Positions 35,230-43,099 of a DNA stretch of 43,099 nt are shown here, one piece after another. How positions within the stretch are numbered: position 1 is the stretch's first letter; each line of letters opens with the position of its first letter. The DNA comes from Bdellovibrionales bacterium (lineage in GTDB: Bacteria > Bdellovibrionota > Bdellovibrionia > Bdellovibrionales > UBA1609), in contig CBDAVH010000001.1 in assembly GCA_965200875.1 (NCBI GenBank), positions 1 through 43,099 of the forward strand, in the 5' to 3' direction. Both the position numbers and the translations under genes were made by a program. The notes beneath the pieces were generated by a model. That model was not told the DNA's origin and did not search any database. It saw nothing but the letters and a program-made list of their open reading frames with translations.

Positions 35230-35434
35230 GCTGGAAGGGAAATTTATTTTTCAAAAACGATCAAAGCATACCGGTTCATTTCACGAAGAGGGACTTCTTA
35301 TTTATTATAAGAAAAAAGAGATAAGATCCCAAAAAGAATTTGAGAAAATTCCAAAAGGGGAAGTCTTTAAATTACAGGCAGAAGGTGACGCTGGTTGGAT
35401 AGTGATTGATATAGGAAGGTTTAAAAAAATTTAA
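35222..35434 (+). CDS. Hypothetical protein
   Basis: 70 aa, overlaps the upstream stop. Confidence 0.65.
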   Translation: MIKLEGKFIFQKRSKHTGSFHEEGLLIYYKKKEIRSQKEFEKIPKGEVFKLQAEGDAGWIVIDIGRFKKI

Positions 35435-35451
35435 TAACACAGGAGGTATCC

Positions 35452-35769
35452 ATGTTAAAAACAATTCCCATAAAAGAAGCCATGAATATTATAGATGAAA
35501 AGTACTCCCAATTAAGAACCAAAATTATGAAAATTCTTTCCTATAAAGAATACTGTAGCACATACTATATTAAAGAAGTAATAAACCGATCTATGCCTGA
35601 GGTTTCAAAGGAAAATCTTTATACAGAAGAGGAGATTTTTCATACTCTTGTGTGGCTAAAAAATAAAAAAATTATCTCACAGGCTTTTGGATTGGATTCC
35701 TGCTACGTTTATAAATTAAATGAAAAAGAAAAGAAACATGAAAATCCATTCCGTAATATAAGTCCTTAG
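35452..35769 (+). CDS. Hypothetical protein, winged-helix-like
   Basis: AGGAGG RBS; helix-helix-helix then LKNKKIISQ...YVYKLN wing pattern. Confidence 0.65.
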   Translation: MLKTIPIKEAMNIIDEKYSQLRTKIMKILSYKEYCSTYYIKEVINRSMPEVSKENLYTEEEIFHTLVWLKNKKIISQAFGLDSCYVYKLNEKEKKHENPFRNISP

Positions 35770-38700
35770 GGGGATAAAGTGGGGAGTTGTCTAACTCTGG
35801 TAACAGAACCTCTGGAGGGTTTAACATTCACACCAAGTTTCATTTCCTGAAATTGAGCCTCTTTGGAGAAGGAGGACCACCTAAGTTTTACCGCTGAACA
35901 AAGTTGTATCCGGGGCTGGAAACGGAATTGCCTCAGCTCACTGAGACTGGTACCCAGGGAGGGGTTGGTCCCGGGTATGTTTTGAGCAGGACTGTCTGTA
36001 AAACCGCTTAAATCGGCCTGTATAACCTCCGAAGCCACATCCTTAAAATCATACCAGATGGTGAGACTAAGGCTTTCCAGGCCCCTAAAATGAGCTAAAA
36101 GTATCACTTCCATAAATCTTTGAAAATCCTGCACGGCTTTAAAATTCAGCCAGCCTGTCTCCAACACTTGCCGATTACTGATCACAGACGATACATCATC
36201 CCCAAGCTCTTTATTCCTCTCCTGGTAAATAAACCCATTGGAGGCTAATAAAGTATAACGATTGTTTAGTACGGAAGCTGCCACATAACCCGGCCAATTT
36301 AACACTGTCCATTTCCCAAATCTGTAATTATAGACCAAGACAGGATTATCATCATTATCTGTAAGTATCCGTATCTCTTCGGTATCTTTGAGAACATCCA
36401 TGGATATAATTTTCCCTTTATAGATACCTCTGACATCTTTTCCCAGAAAATCAGGGGTTAGTCCTCTTCTAAGCACCCAGATTCCCCGGTCTTCTGTGGA
36501 AAAAAGCATTCCCATGGGTATATTGTGAGAGCTTTGGGAATCTCTGGCAGAGAGATTTATCAATCCTGTAATTTTCTCAGGGGTGGCTTGGGCCAGTCTG
36601 TTTTCATCAATCACCCAGGAATAGACATCTTTGGATGTGTGTATAACCAGGTAGCGGTCCATTTCTCTCACACTTCGGACTTCATTATCCATAAGTATTT
36701 CCACCAGATCATTGGGAAGGCCGCTGTTTTTAAAATCAATCGCCTGATTGGTAAAACTTCTTATGGGGGAAGAGACCATGATTCGGTTTTTCTTTTCCGG
36801 GAAACCAAACAACACAAATCTTCCTTTATAATCAATCACATGAGCTGCCCCGGATACTGTGATATTGTTCGGGGTCTCAGTGGCCCCCAAATCCTTATCC
36901 ACCACATCATCCGTAAATATCTGCTTCTCAGTATCTTTGGAATTTTTTAATTCCTTTAAAAGTTTAAAAGTGTTTAAACCCTCTTCGGTTCTATAGACCT
37001 CAATGGTGATACTGTCCTCCGGCTTGTTCGTAAGATGCAGGTTATTTATTTCAAAGGTGGGCTGATTGTTTGCAACCCCTAATTGAGATTTTGTGAATAA
37101 GCTTATGATATCGGACCATTGGCTTCTGTGTTCAAATCCTTTTTGATCCACCCATTTAAAACGGCATCTGTACTGGTAGGCTTTTATTCTTAACAATTCT
37201 CTTCCGGGGATGCTGGATTGTTGCTCGCTGGTTACGACCAGCGGGTAACGGAGGGTTACATTTATGGTGGTTGTGGGGGGTGGGATTGTGAAGGCAAAAA
37301 TATCTGTGGTTAGGGGTAAAGGATTGGCTATGGTTTTCTTGTAGTAAGTTTTTCTGCCAGAGCTGTCCCCGGGTACTGCGGGGACTTCAATGAAGGAGGA
37401 GGAGGGAAGTACAAAGTTATTTCTTTTGCTTCGGTCTGTGGTGAGATAGACATCCACAGCACCGGCGGTGTCATTGGCTCTGAGGTCTTTGGCGGAGCTA
37501 AAGTTCATGCTGAAGATAATGGGCTGGATGTCTCTTGCTGAAAAGTTTGATGATGTATCTGTGCTGGCATGCCCCACCAGGGCGATACGGAAAGCGGTAC
37601 TGTTTGTAATAGCTTCCGTTATGATGTTCTTTAATATCTGAGAGGATGCAAGAGCTGCTTTAAGATTGTACCTTACTGTATAGGTACTTTCCAGGTTATA
37701 GGTTTGTACATCACCGGCTGGCACTTCTTCAAGCTCCACTTCATAAGAAAGGGAGCTTTGTAAAAACCTGAGTTTTCCGATCCTGGCCTCTACCTCTGTT
37801 TTAAAATCAGCCACAGTCCCGAAGTTTGAGGAAGCTGTGGAAAAAGCCACATAAAGATTGCTCCCCAGGGTATTGTTATCCGCATCATTCCAAATACCTG
37901 TAAGTTCTATATTATTCACCACTGCGGAGGCTATCTGGCCAGCCGGGGTAAGCGTGGAGGCCCCCACCCTGGCAGCATACCCTGTCTTTAAATAACCTTC
38001 CTCTTTGCTTCTCTGTACTGTCCTCATTGCATTTATTGTATATCTTTTTACAGCTTGGGGATTTCCTCCTAATATATATAGATAATCATTACTTAGTGAT
38101 AATAAAATCCCCAACTGTGGTGTAATTTGAGTTCGTGCGTTTAAATCAGAAATATTAAAAACTCCTGTATAGATATTTTGAACACTTAATCGCTCACCCA
38201 CAAATTCAATTATAATTTTATCATCATTTGAAATACCTGCCTGTATATAATTAAAACTTATACTGGAGTCTGAAGTGGTTAAAGTTTTTGTTCTTTGTAA
38301 AACCCCAGAAGCAGAATACTGATATATGGTTTTTCTGTCTCTTATATAAACAAGAAAACTGTCCCTTGTTTTTATTCCTGAATTTTTGATAATTTCATAT
38401 CTACGGCTTCCTCCTTCTGACTCTGTTATTTCAATATCCCTTACAAATACCCCGGATTTTGTAAATAAACTTAATCTCTCTCCTCTTCTTTGATCTAAAT
38501 CATGAGAGATCAATATATGAGTTGAAGATGCAGTCATTCCAAATAAAGATGATCCTAAATCTCTTCCACTTAAAGTTATTGAAGGTTTAGATACCCCTGT
38601 GTTTCCATTAAAAACCAGTACATTCGTTGATCTTCTTGACAAGATGTATATATCTGTCCCATCTGTAAAAATTGTAAAGCTGTTGGATGAAGTATATAAT

Positions 38701-40892
38701 ACTCTTGCATTTGATCCATCCAAATCAGAAATAGTTAAATTAAACCTGTTGCTACTATACCTTGACCAAAAAAGTTTTGAACCTATAACAATAGATGGAT
38801 GATCATTGGAAGGATTTGGAACTGTAAGATTTGTATCAAAAACAGGTGGTAAGGAAGGATCAACTTCCATGGTATCACCAGTCCTCAAGACTGCGGACTG
38901 GACTACAGCCTGAGAGAGAGAGGATGCAGGATTTTGCACAGTGGTTTCCCGCCCGCTCTGGTTTGAGAATTTTCTCAAACTCATCCTATCAACCCTTACA
39001 TCTGTCTGTGAGTTCTCTGTAGTACCCTCCACCACAGTCTCATTGATGGCAGTCTTGTTATAAAACACACAACCAGCCAGCTTCGCCTTATACTTCCTCC
39101 CACTTACCAGGGGGCTGGTGGCCACCGCATGATAACTCCCATGGAGCGTGGGGCTGGCTTTAGTGTAATTCACATGATTTTCATACAGCTGAAAAAACTG
39201 GTCATTCTCACCCGCCAAAAGCAAGCCCTGCGGCCTCGTCTGATCCCCATATCCCCCCGTAGGAGGGGTAACCTCCCACACAAGCACCTTCTTCGCCGTG
39301 TCGTAATAAACATTCGTTAGCTTACCCCCGGGAAGGGTCTTTGTGTCACTGGCCCTTAAAATGCGTTTAGAAGCCCCTGTGCCGTCACTCCAGCCAGCCT
39401 CCCTGTTTGCTATCCCCACTGTGTTTCCCACAGTCTGAGCCGTAAATACGGCATTTTCTGTGGTATAAGGAGTCGTCTTCGCATTCGTCACCTCCAAATC
39501 CACCTCTTTAAACTCATCCGCTGCCAGGTTTTCCACTGTGCTTGGGGGAATTTCCACCTCCAGCAAATCCCCATATTCCGACCGATCATAGTCATCAGTC
39601 GGGGTTTTGGCGATCTTTGGTTTTTCTGAAAACCCAGCCTCCACCACATTTTGCTCATCTGTGTAAGAATTCACAGGCCCGGAAATCATCACCTGCCCTC
39701 CAATATCTGACACATCAGGCTTAAACCGGCCGGAAAAATCCAGACATACCAGCTCCAACCCCAGAGGATAAATCACCTGCCCACGACCCACCTCCTCAGC
39801 CTGCCCCGTCTTCAAAATCGGAAAATAAATCTGATCCTTGCTCTCTATGTACCTCGGCCGGCCACGGAAATTCATCCGAACATCATTGTCGCTCTTGTCC
39901 AACGGGACAAAATTCGCATGATAATGCCCCACAATCACATTCAAGCTGTTTATGATGAAAAAACCCGTCTGCACAGACCACAAGACCTTAAACTGGTCCG
40001 TCCCTACATCAAACCTGGTCCATTCGTAAAAATCCCATAAAGTCTTGTTCTCAAAACTTATGGCATGCTCGGTGGGAAGGGAGTTAAAATATAAGGACAG
40101 CCTTCTGGTCTCTGTACTCGCAGGATTGTAAGCAAAAGTATCTTCCTGCAAAGCTCCCCCGGGAGTGGTCCGATATCTGTACCTGCAAAGGTCTGGATAG
40201 ATGACAAAATCCTCCAAAGTCCTGCCCCCTGGCAGGGTGTAGTTAAAAGTGGCCCCGGGGCCTCTTAAACCCGATAAAGGCAGAAAACTCTGAATCCTGA
40301 TGCTGGTATCCCGTCCAACACCCAGCCATACCTGTTTGGGAACATTACCGCCCCCATACTCCGTGTAAGCATTTAAATTCTTGGCACCAGACCCTGAGAT
40401 GTATAAAACCTTTTCCTCATCCAAGACCCGATCCTGCAAGGTGCTGAAAAGCTTGTATAAAAGCTGCCCCTCAAACTCGTAAATCAAGACCAAAATATCA
40501 TTCCACTCTGTAAAGGCAGGATAGCGGATATCCTTTTCCTTCTGGCTTATGGGGAAAATATTAACCCCCATATTTCTTCTACGGCTTAAAATCTTCCATT
40601 TTCTCTCATTCGGGGTGGCCACACGCTCCGGGTCATAAATCATAAAAGCCTTGTCCGTCACCCCGAACAAATGAGAATTATTGAGAGTAAAAATCTTGAT
40701 GGGCCGGCCATAAAGGCTCTCACTCGGAAAAGTGGCATCTGTGAGCCTGTTTAAGCCATTCGCTGAGCTGATAGCCCCCTCCTGACGATGGACCAGACCC
40801 TCCGCACGGGACAGCAAAGGAAGCTGTAAAAGCTCCTGTGGAACATCCCGGGTAAGCTTCCCCGAAAATGGAACACTTATAAAATTTTTCAT
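35766..40892 (-). CDS. Tail nozzle (tail tubular B-like) protein with large insertions
   Basis: 1708 aa; beta-propeller C-terminus (YKGRFVLFG, LVYNYRFGKWT, LETGWLNF...QDFQRF) typical of podovirus nozzle proteins. Confidence 0.8.
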   Translation of the reverse strand: MKNFISVPFSGKLTRDVPQELLQLPLLSRAEGLVHRQEGAISSANGLNRLTDATFPSESLYGRPIKIFTLNNSHLFGVTDKAFMIYDPERVATPNERKWKILSRRRNMGVNIFPISQKEKDIRYPAFTEWNDILVLIYEFEGQLLYKLFSTLQDRVLDEEKVLYISGSGAKNLNAYTEYGGGNVPKQVWLGVGRDTSIRIQSFLPLSGLRGPGATFNYTLPGGRTLEDFVIYPDLCRYRYRTTPGGALQEDTFAYNPASTETRRLSLYFNSLPTEHAISFENKTLWDFYEWTRFDVGTDQFKVLWSVQTGFFIINSLNVIVGHYHANFVPLDKSDNDVRMNFRGRPRYIESKDQIYFPILKTGQAEEVGRGQVIYPLGLELVCLDFSGRFKPDVSDIGGQVMISGPVNSYTDEQNVVEAGFSEKPKIAKTPTDDYDRSEYGDLLEVEIPPSTVENLAADEFKEVDLEVTNAKTTPYTTENAVFTAQTVGNTVGIANREAGWSDGTGASKRILRASDTKTLPGGKLTNVYYDTAKKVLVWEVTPPTGGYGDQTRPQGLLLAGENDQFFQLYENHVNYTKASPTLHGSYHAVATSPLVSGRKYKAKLAGCVFYNKTAINETVVEGTTENSQTDVRVDRMSLRKFSNQSGRETTVQNPASSLSQAVVQSAVLRTGDTMEVDPSLPPVFDTNLTVPNPSNDHPSIVIGSKLFWSRYSSNRFNLTISDLDGSNARVLYTSSNSFTIFTDGTDIYILSRRSTNVLVFNGNTGVSKPSITLSGRDLGSSLFGMTASSTHILISHDLDQRRGERLSLFTKSGVFVRDIEITESEGGSRRYEIIKNSGIKTRDSFLVYIRDRKTIYQYSASGVLQRTKTLTTSDSSISFNYIQAGISNDDKIIIEFVGERLSVQNIYTGVFNISDLNARTQITPQLGILLSLSNDYLYILGGNPQAVKRYTINAMRTVQRSKEEGYLKTGYAARVGASTLTPAGQIASAVVNNIELTGIWNDADNNTLGSNLYVAFSTASSNFGTVADFKTEVEARIGKLRFLQSSLSYEVELEEVPAGDVQTYNLESTYTVRYNLKAALASSQILKNIITEAITNSTAFRIALVGHASTDTSSNFSARDIQPIIFSMNFSSAKDLRANDTAGAVDVYLTTDRSKRNNFVLPSSSFIEVPAVPGDSSGRKTYYKKTIANPLPLTTDIFAFTIPPPTTTINVTLRYPLVVTSEQQSSIPGRELLRIKAYQYRCRFKWVDQKGFEHRSQWSDIISLFTKSQLGVANNQPTFEINNLHLTNKPEDSITIEVYRTEEGLNTFKLLKELKNSKDTEKQIFTDDVVDKDLGATETPNNITVSGAAHVIDYKGRFVLFGFPEKKNRIMVSSPIRSFTNQAIDFKNSGLPNDLVEILMDNEVRSVREMDRYLVIHTSKDVYSWVIDENRLAQATPEKITGLINLSARDSQSSHNIPMGMLFSTEDRGIWVLRRGLTPDFLGKDVRGIYKGKIISMDVLKDTEEIRILTDNDDNPVLVYNYRFGKWTVLNWPGYVAASVLNNRYTLLASNGFIYQERNKELGDDVSSVISNRQVLETGWLNFKAVQDFQRFMEVILLAHFRGLESLSLTIWYDFKDVASEVIQADLSGFTDSPAQNIPGTNPSLGTSLSELRQFRFQPRIQLCSAVKLRWSSFSKEAQFQEMKLGVNVKPSRGSVTRVRQLPTLSP

Positions 40893-40899
40893 AACACAG

Positions 40900-40950
40900 A
40901 GTGTAACAGAATAAAAAAGATTTGCAATCAGAAAAAAACAAAGAGATTGT
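40900..40950. promoter_or_regulatory. Divergent promoters sharing one palindromic -35 box
   Basis: TTGCAA 40922-27 lies 16 bp from TACACT (minus strand) and 17 bp from GATTGT (plus strand); each -10 is 6-7 nt from an ATG. Confidence 0.6.
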
Positions 40951-40956
40951 GGGGAT

Positions 40957-41325
40957 ATGAGATTTGAGCCGAAATTTAAGATGATTTTTAAACTTAAGGA
41001 TACGTTACCTATGGCTGATGATGAGCTTCTTTTTACGATTAAAAACCTGAAAGAAAATATTGTTTATCATAATGCTAATGAAAGAAGTTACAGAAGGAAA
41101 GAAGCTATTGATACAATCTATGATTTTTTTCAAGGGAGAGAAAAAGAAGATTTTGGCCAAATGGTAACATTGGTCCAGTATAATGACAGTGAAACCGACC
41201 CTACTGAAATAAGAGAATTAACAGACTCCAACATGGAATTAAGAAACACGATTTTATCATACTTAAATGGGTATATGATACCGGTTAAAGACAAGAAAAT
41301 AAAGTCAATCACAGTAAGGTTTTAA
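40957..41325 (+). CDS. Hypothetical protein
   Basis: 122-aa ORF. Confidence 0.75.
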   Translation: MRFEPKFKMIFKLKDTLPMADDELLFTIKNLKENIVYHNANERSYRRKEAIDTIYDFFQGREKEDFGQMVTLVQYNDSETDPTEIRELTDSNMELRNTILSYLNGYMIPVKDKKIKSITVRF

Positions 41326-41327
41326 AA

Positions 41328-41900
41328 ATGCCAATAAAATTAACAAAACCAAAACCAAAAGACAAAAAACTTGAAGAACTTGTACTTGAAGAACTTGTAT
41401 CCGTCTATGAGTATGATTTGCTTCATTCCATAAAAAAAGTCCTTGGTCTTGGAAATAATAAAATCCATTCCTCACTTGATCTTGCTTTAAAACAAAAACC
41501 TCAATATGTTGATGAGAGTGATTTAAAACTTATAGTAAATGAAAAATCTTATGTATCCCTGGGTGAGATTGAGAGTTTTCTCTCTTTGAGGTTTGATTTG
41601 ATAGTAAAAACCTATAAACACATAAACCAAATTATACAAAGAGCGAAAGAAATTAAAGACTCCAGTATTGTATGGCAGACATTAATGACACAAGAGGAAT
41701 ACAAATGGCTCTGTTTTATAAAACAAGACTGGTTTTTTGAAAAAAAGAAATACGAACCTGTTGAAAAAGCTGTCTTCATTGAGGAGCTTGAAAAAGCCAA
41801 TCAAGGGGAAGTTACGGAATTAATGAAAGAAACAAAAGGTGGTGTATTTTTCCTCAAGGATTTAATAAGAAAGTTGTCTCAGAATGAAAAAAAAGAATAA
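41328..41900 (+). CDS. Hypothetical protein
   Basis: 190-aa ORF with 15-bp tandem duplication (LEELV x2). Confidence 0.75.
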   Translation: MPIKLTKPKPKDKKLEELVLEELVSVYEYDLLHSIKKVLGLGNNKIHSSLDLALKQKPQYVDESDLKLIVNEKSYVSLGEIESFLSLRFDLIVKTYKHINQIIQRAKEIKDSSIVWQTLMTQEEYKWLCFIKQDWFFEKKKYEPVEKAVFIEELEKANQGEVTELMKETKGGVFFLKDLIRKLSQNEKKE

Positions 41901-42354
41901 CCGCATAGAATTAAAACTGATATTTCTGTTTGATAAAAGTTTTCACATGCAACCAAAGCAGTTATTAAAAAAACTTATTGTGACATTTTTAAAAAACGAT
42001 ATAGTCCAGAAATCTTTGAAGAAGCCTTATATTTTTTTACCAGAAAATTCTATGGATACTAATGATTTTATTAATTTTTACAATAAGGTTTTTAAATTAT
42101 TTTTAAATAAGATAAGTATCTCTGAAGCACATATAAAATGTTGGGAGGATAAAGACAGAGACAGATCTCTTGAAGAGCTTGAGGAATATCCTGATGATGA
42201 ATTTCATTTTTGGATTAAAGAAAATTTAACCCATGAGATGATAAAAGATAATATTTTAGAAAACACTTTTTACTGGAAGAAAGAGTTTGTTCCCAGATCC
42301 AAAGTTACTGTTCTTATAATAGGAACACCTACTGGAAAGTCCCTACATCCTTAA
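41884..42354 (+). CDS. Hypothetical protein
   Basis: 156-aa ORF overlapping the upstream gene. Confidence 0.7.
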   Translation: MKKKNNRIELKLIFLFDKSFHMQPKQLLKKLIVTFLKNDIVQKSLKKPYIFLPENSMDTNDFINFYNKVFKLFLNKISISEAHIKCWEDKDRDRSLEELEEYPDDEFHFWIKENLTHEMIKDNILENTFYWKKEFVPRSKVTVLIIGTPTGKSLHP

Positions 42355-42670
42355 ACCTCTTTTCCATATATTCCAAATAACTTTGAAGCTTGGGAAAACT
42401 CTGGTCTGTAAATCCTGTGACCAGTATCTTCCTGCCTGGTGGGCAGTGAAAAGTCTTTACATCCTTACAATAATAAGAACCTTCCTTTATCCCAGCATCA
42501 CAGATTGTCATGGGTAGTGAAGAGATATAATCCTCATCACAATTTAACAGGACATTGATTTGCTGAACCCCCCTTAAATCCTTTAAGGGAAATTTGTATT
42601 CAGGAACCAGTAATGTTGTACAGGAAGAGAATGCGAAAAGTATAAAAAAAATCAAATACTTTAATTCCAT
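42329..42670 (-). CDS. Lipoprotein (o-spanin-like or exclusion protein)
   Basis: Signal peptide with lipobox FSSC, four further Cys, downstream of the endolysin. Confidence 0.7.
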   Translation of the reverse strand: MELKYLIFFILFAFSSCTTLLVPEYKFPLKDLRGVQQINVLLNCDEDYISSLPMTICDAGIKEGSYYCKDVKTFHCPPGRKILVTGFTDQSFPKLQSYLEYMEKRFKDVGTFQ

Positions 42671-42672
42671 TT

Positions 42673-42738
42673 TTATTTTCCCTTCCCTTTACCTTTTCCT
42701 TTTCCACGGCCTTTTCCGCCTTTATGACTTCCTGGCAT
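42673..42738 (-). CDS. 21-aa Gly-Lys repeat peptide
   Basis: MPGSHKGGKGRGKGKGKGKGK; ATG 1 nt after the endolysin stop, GGGGGTGAG RBS-like sequence upstream. Confidence 0.5.
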   Translation of the reverse strand: MPGSHKGGKGRGKGKGKGKGK

Positions 42739-42739
42739 A

Positions 42740-43099
42740 CTACTCACCCCCTTTTGGTTTATCTGGTAATCTGTCGGGATTGGGGAGTTCAAAATGGCTT
42801 TTTCTGTTTTTAACAAAGCTGCAATGCAGCCATTGTCTTCCCTTTGGCCCTTCAAAAATTAACTGATCAAATTCCAAAGTATCAAATATCCAACGATACA
42901 CCTGGTAAAGATCAGCATTTTTTATGATAAAATCCATAGCCTCCCCCCGGCAATGCTGGGAGTAATCCTTACTTTTTAATAGCCTGTTTAACTCCAAACA
43001 CCTAAAACCGGAAGTAACAAGCACATTTTCCTTTCCGTATTTATGCCATAACGGGACTGTGATGTTTGAATGAAGGTCCTTTAATCTTTTCTTAATGTT
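42740..43099 (-). CDS. Endolysin, peptidase M15 (C-terminal part; 5' end is at the other window edge)
   Basis: VTSGFRC..LN, SQHCRGEAMD, FDQLIFE, WLHCS Zn-peptidase motifs; frame open to 43099. Confidence 0.9.
   Translation of the reverse strand, partial: NIKKRLKDLHSNITVPLWHKYGKENVLVTSGFRCLELNRLLKSKDYSQHCRGEAMDFIIKNADLYQVYRWIFDTLEFDQLIFEGPKGRQWLHCSFVKNRKSHFELPNPDRLPDKPKGGE

Noticed and set aside
41010..41030. Other CTGATGA occurrences (also near 10726, 15167, 42192)
   Set aside because: Inside coding sequence; no matching GAAA/stem/GUH arrangement noticed.
1..43099. Stop-codon reassignment, tRNA genes, integrase/att sites
   Set aside because: Long genes are intact under the standard code with TAA, TAG and TGA all used as stops; no cloverleaf or recombinase motif recognised by eye.

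Overview
This window is a near-complete (~43 kb), circularly permuted genome of a short-tailed (podovirus-like) dsDNA phage. The M15 endolysin gene appears split across the two window ends, with a few bases missing at the join. All virion genes lie on the minus strand: terminase large subunit, portal, Gln-rich scaffold, major capsid, adaptor, a 1708-aa nozzle-like protein, three ejection-type proteins and three tail-fibre-like proteins. They are in a scrambled order and separated by AT-rich islands of small accessory genes. I found no integrase, DNA polymerase, primase or helicase. DNA metabolism is limited to ERF recombinase, a PD-(D/E)xK exonuclease, a RecU-like resolvase, SSB and an origin-like non-coding region. 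Top observations: (1) two type II hammerhead ribozymes flank the ERF gene; the excised 726-nt RNA would rebuild a complete hammerhead across its own ends (possible circular mRNA) and carries a sequence antisense to the operon's first RBS; (2) two tail-fibre-like proteins begin with Sec-type signal peptides; (3) a Csx20-like candidate anti-type-III-CRISPR ring nuclease; (4) a promoter- and terminator-bounded small RNA with two hairpin repeats; (5) repeated leaderless promoters. All protein calls come from motif recognition by eye; no database search was run.
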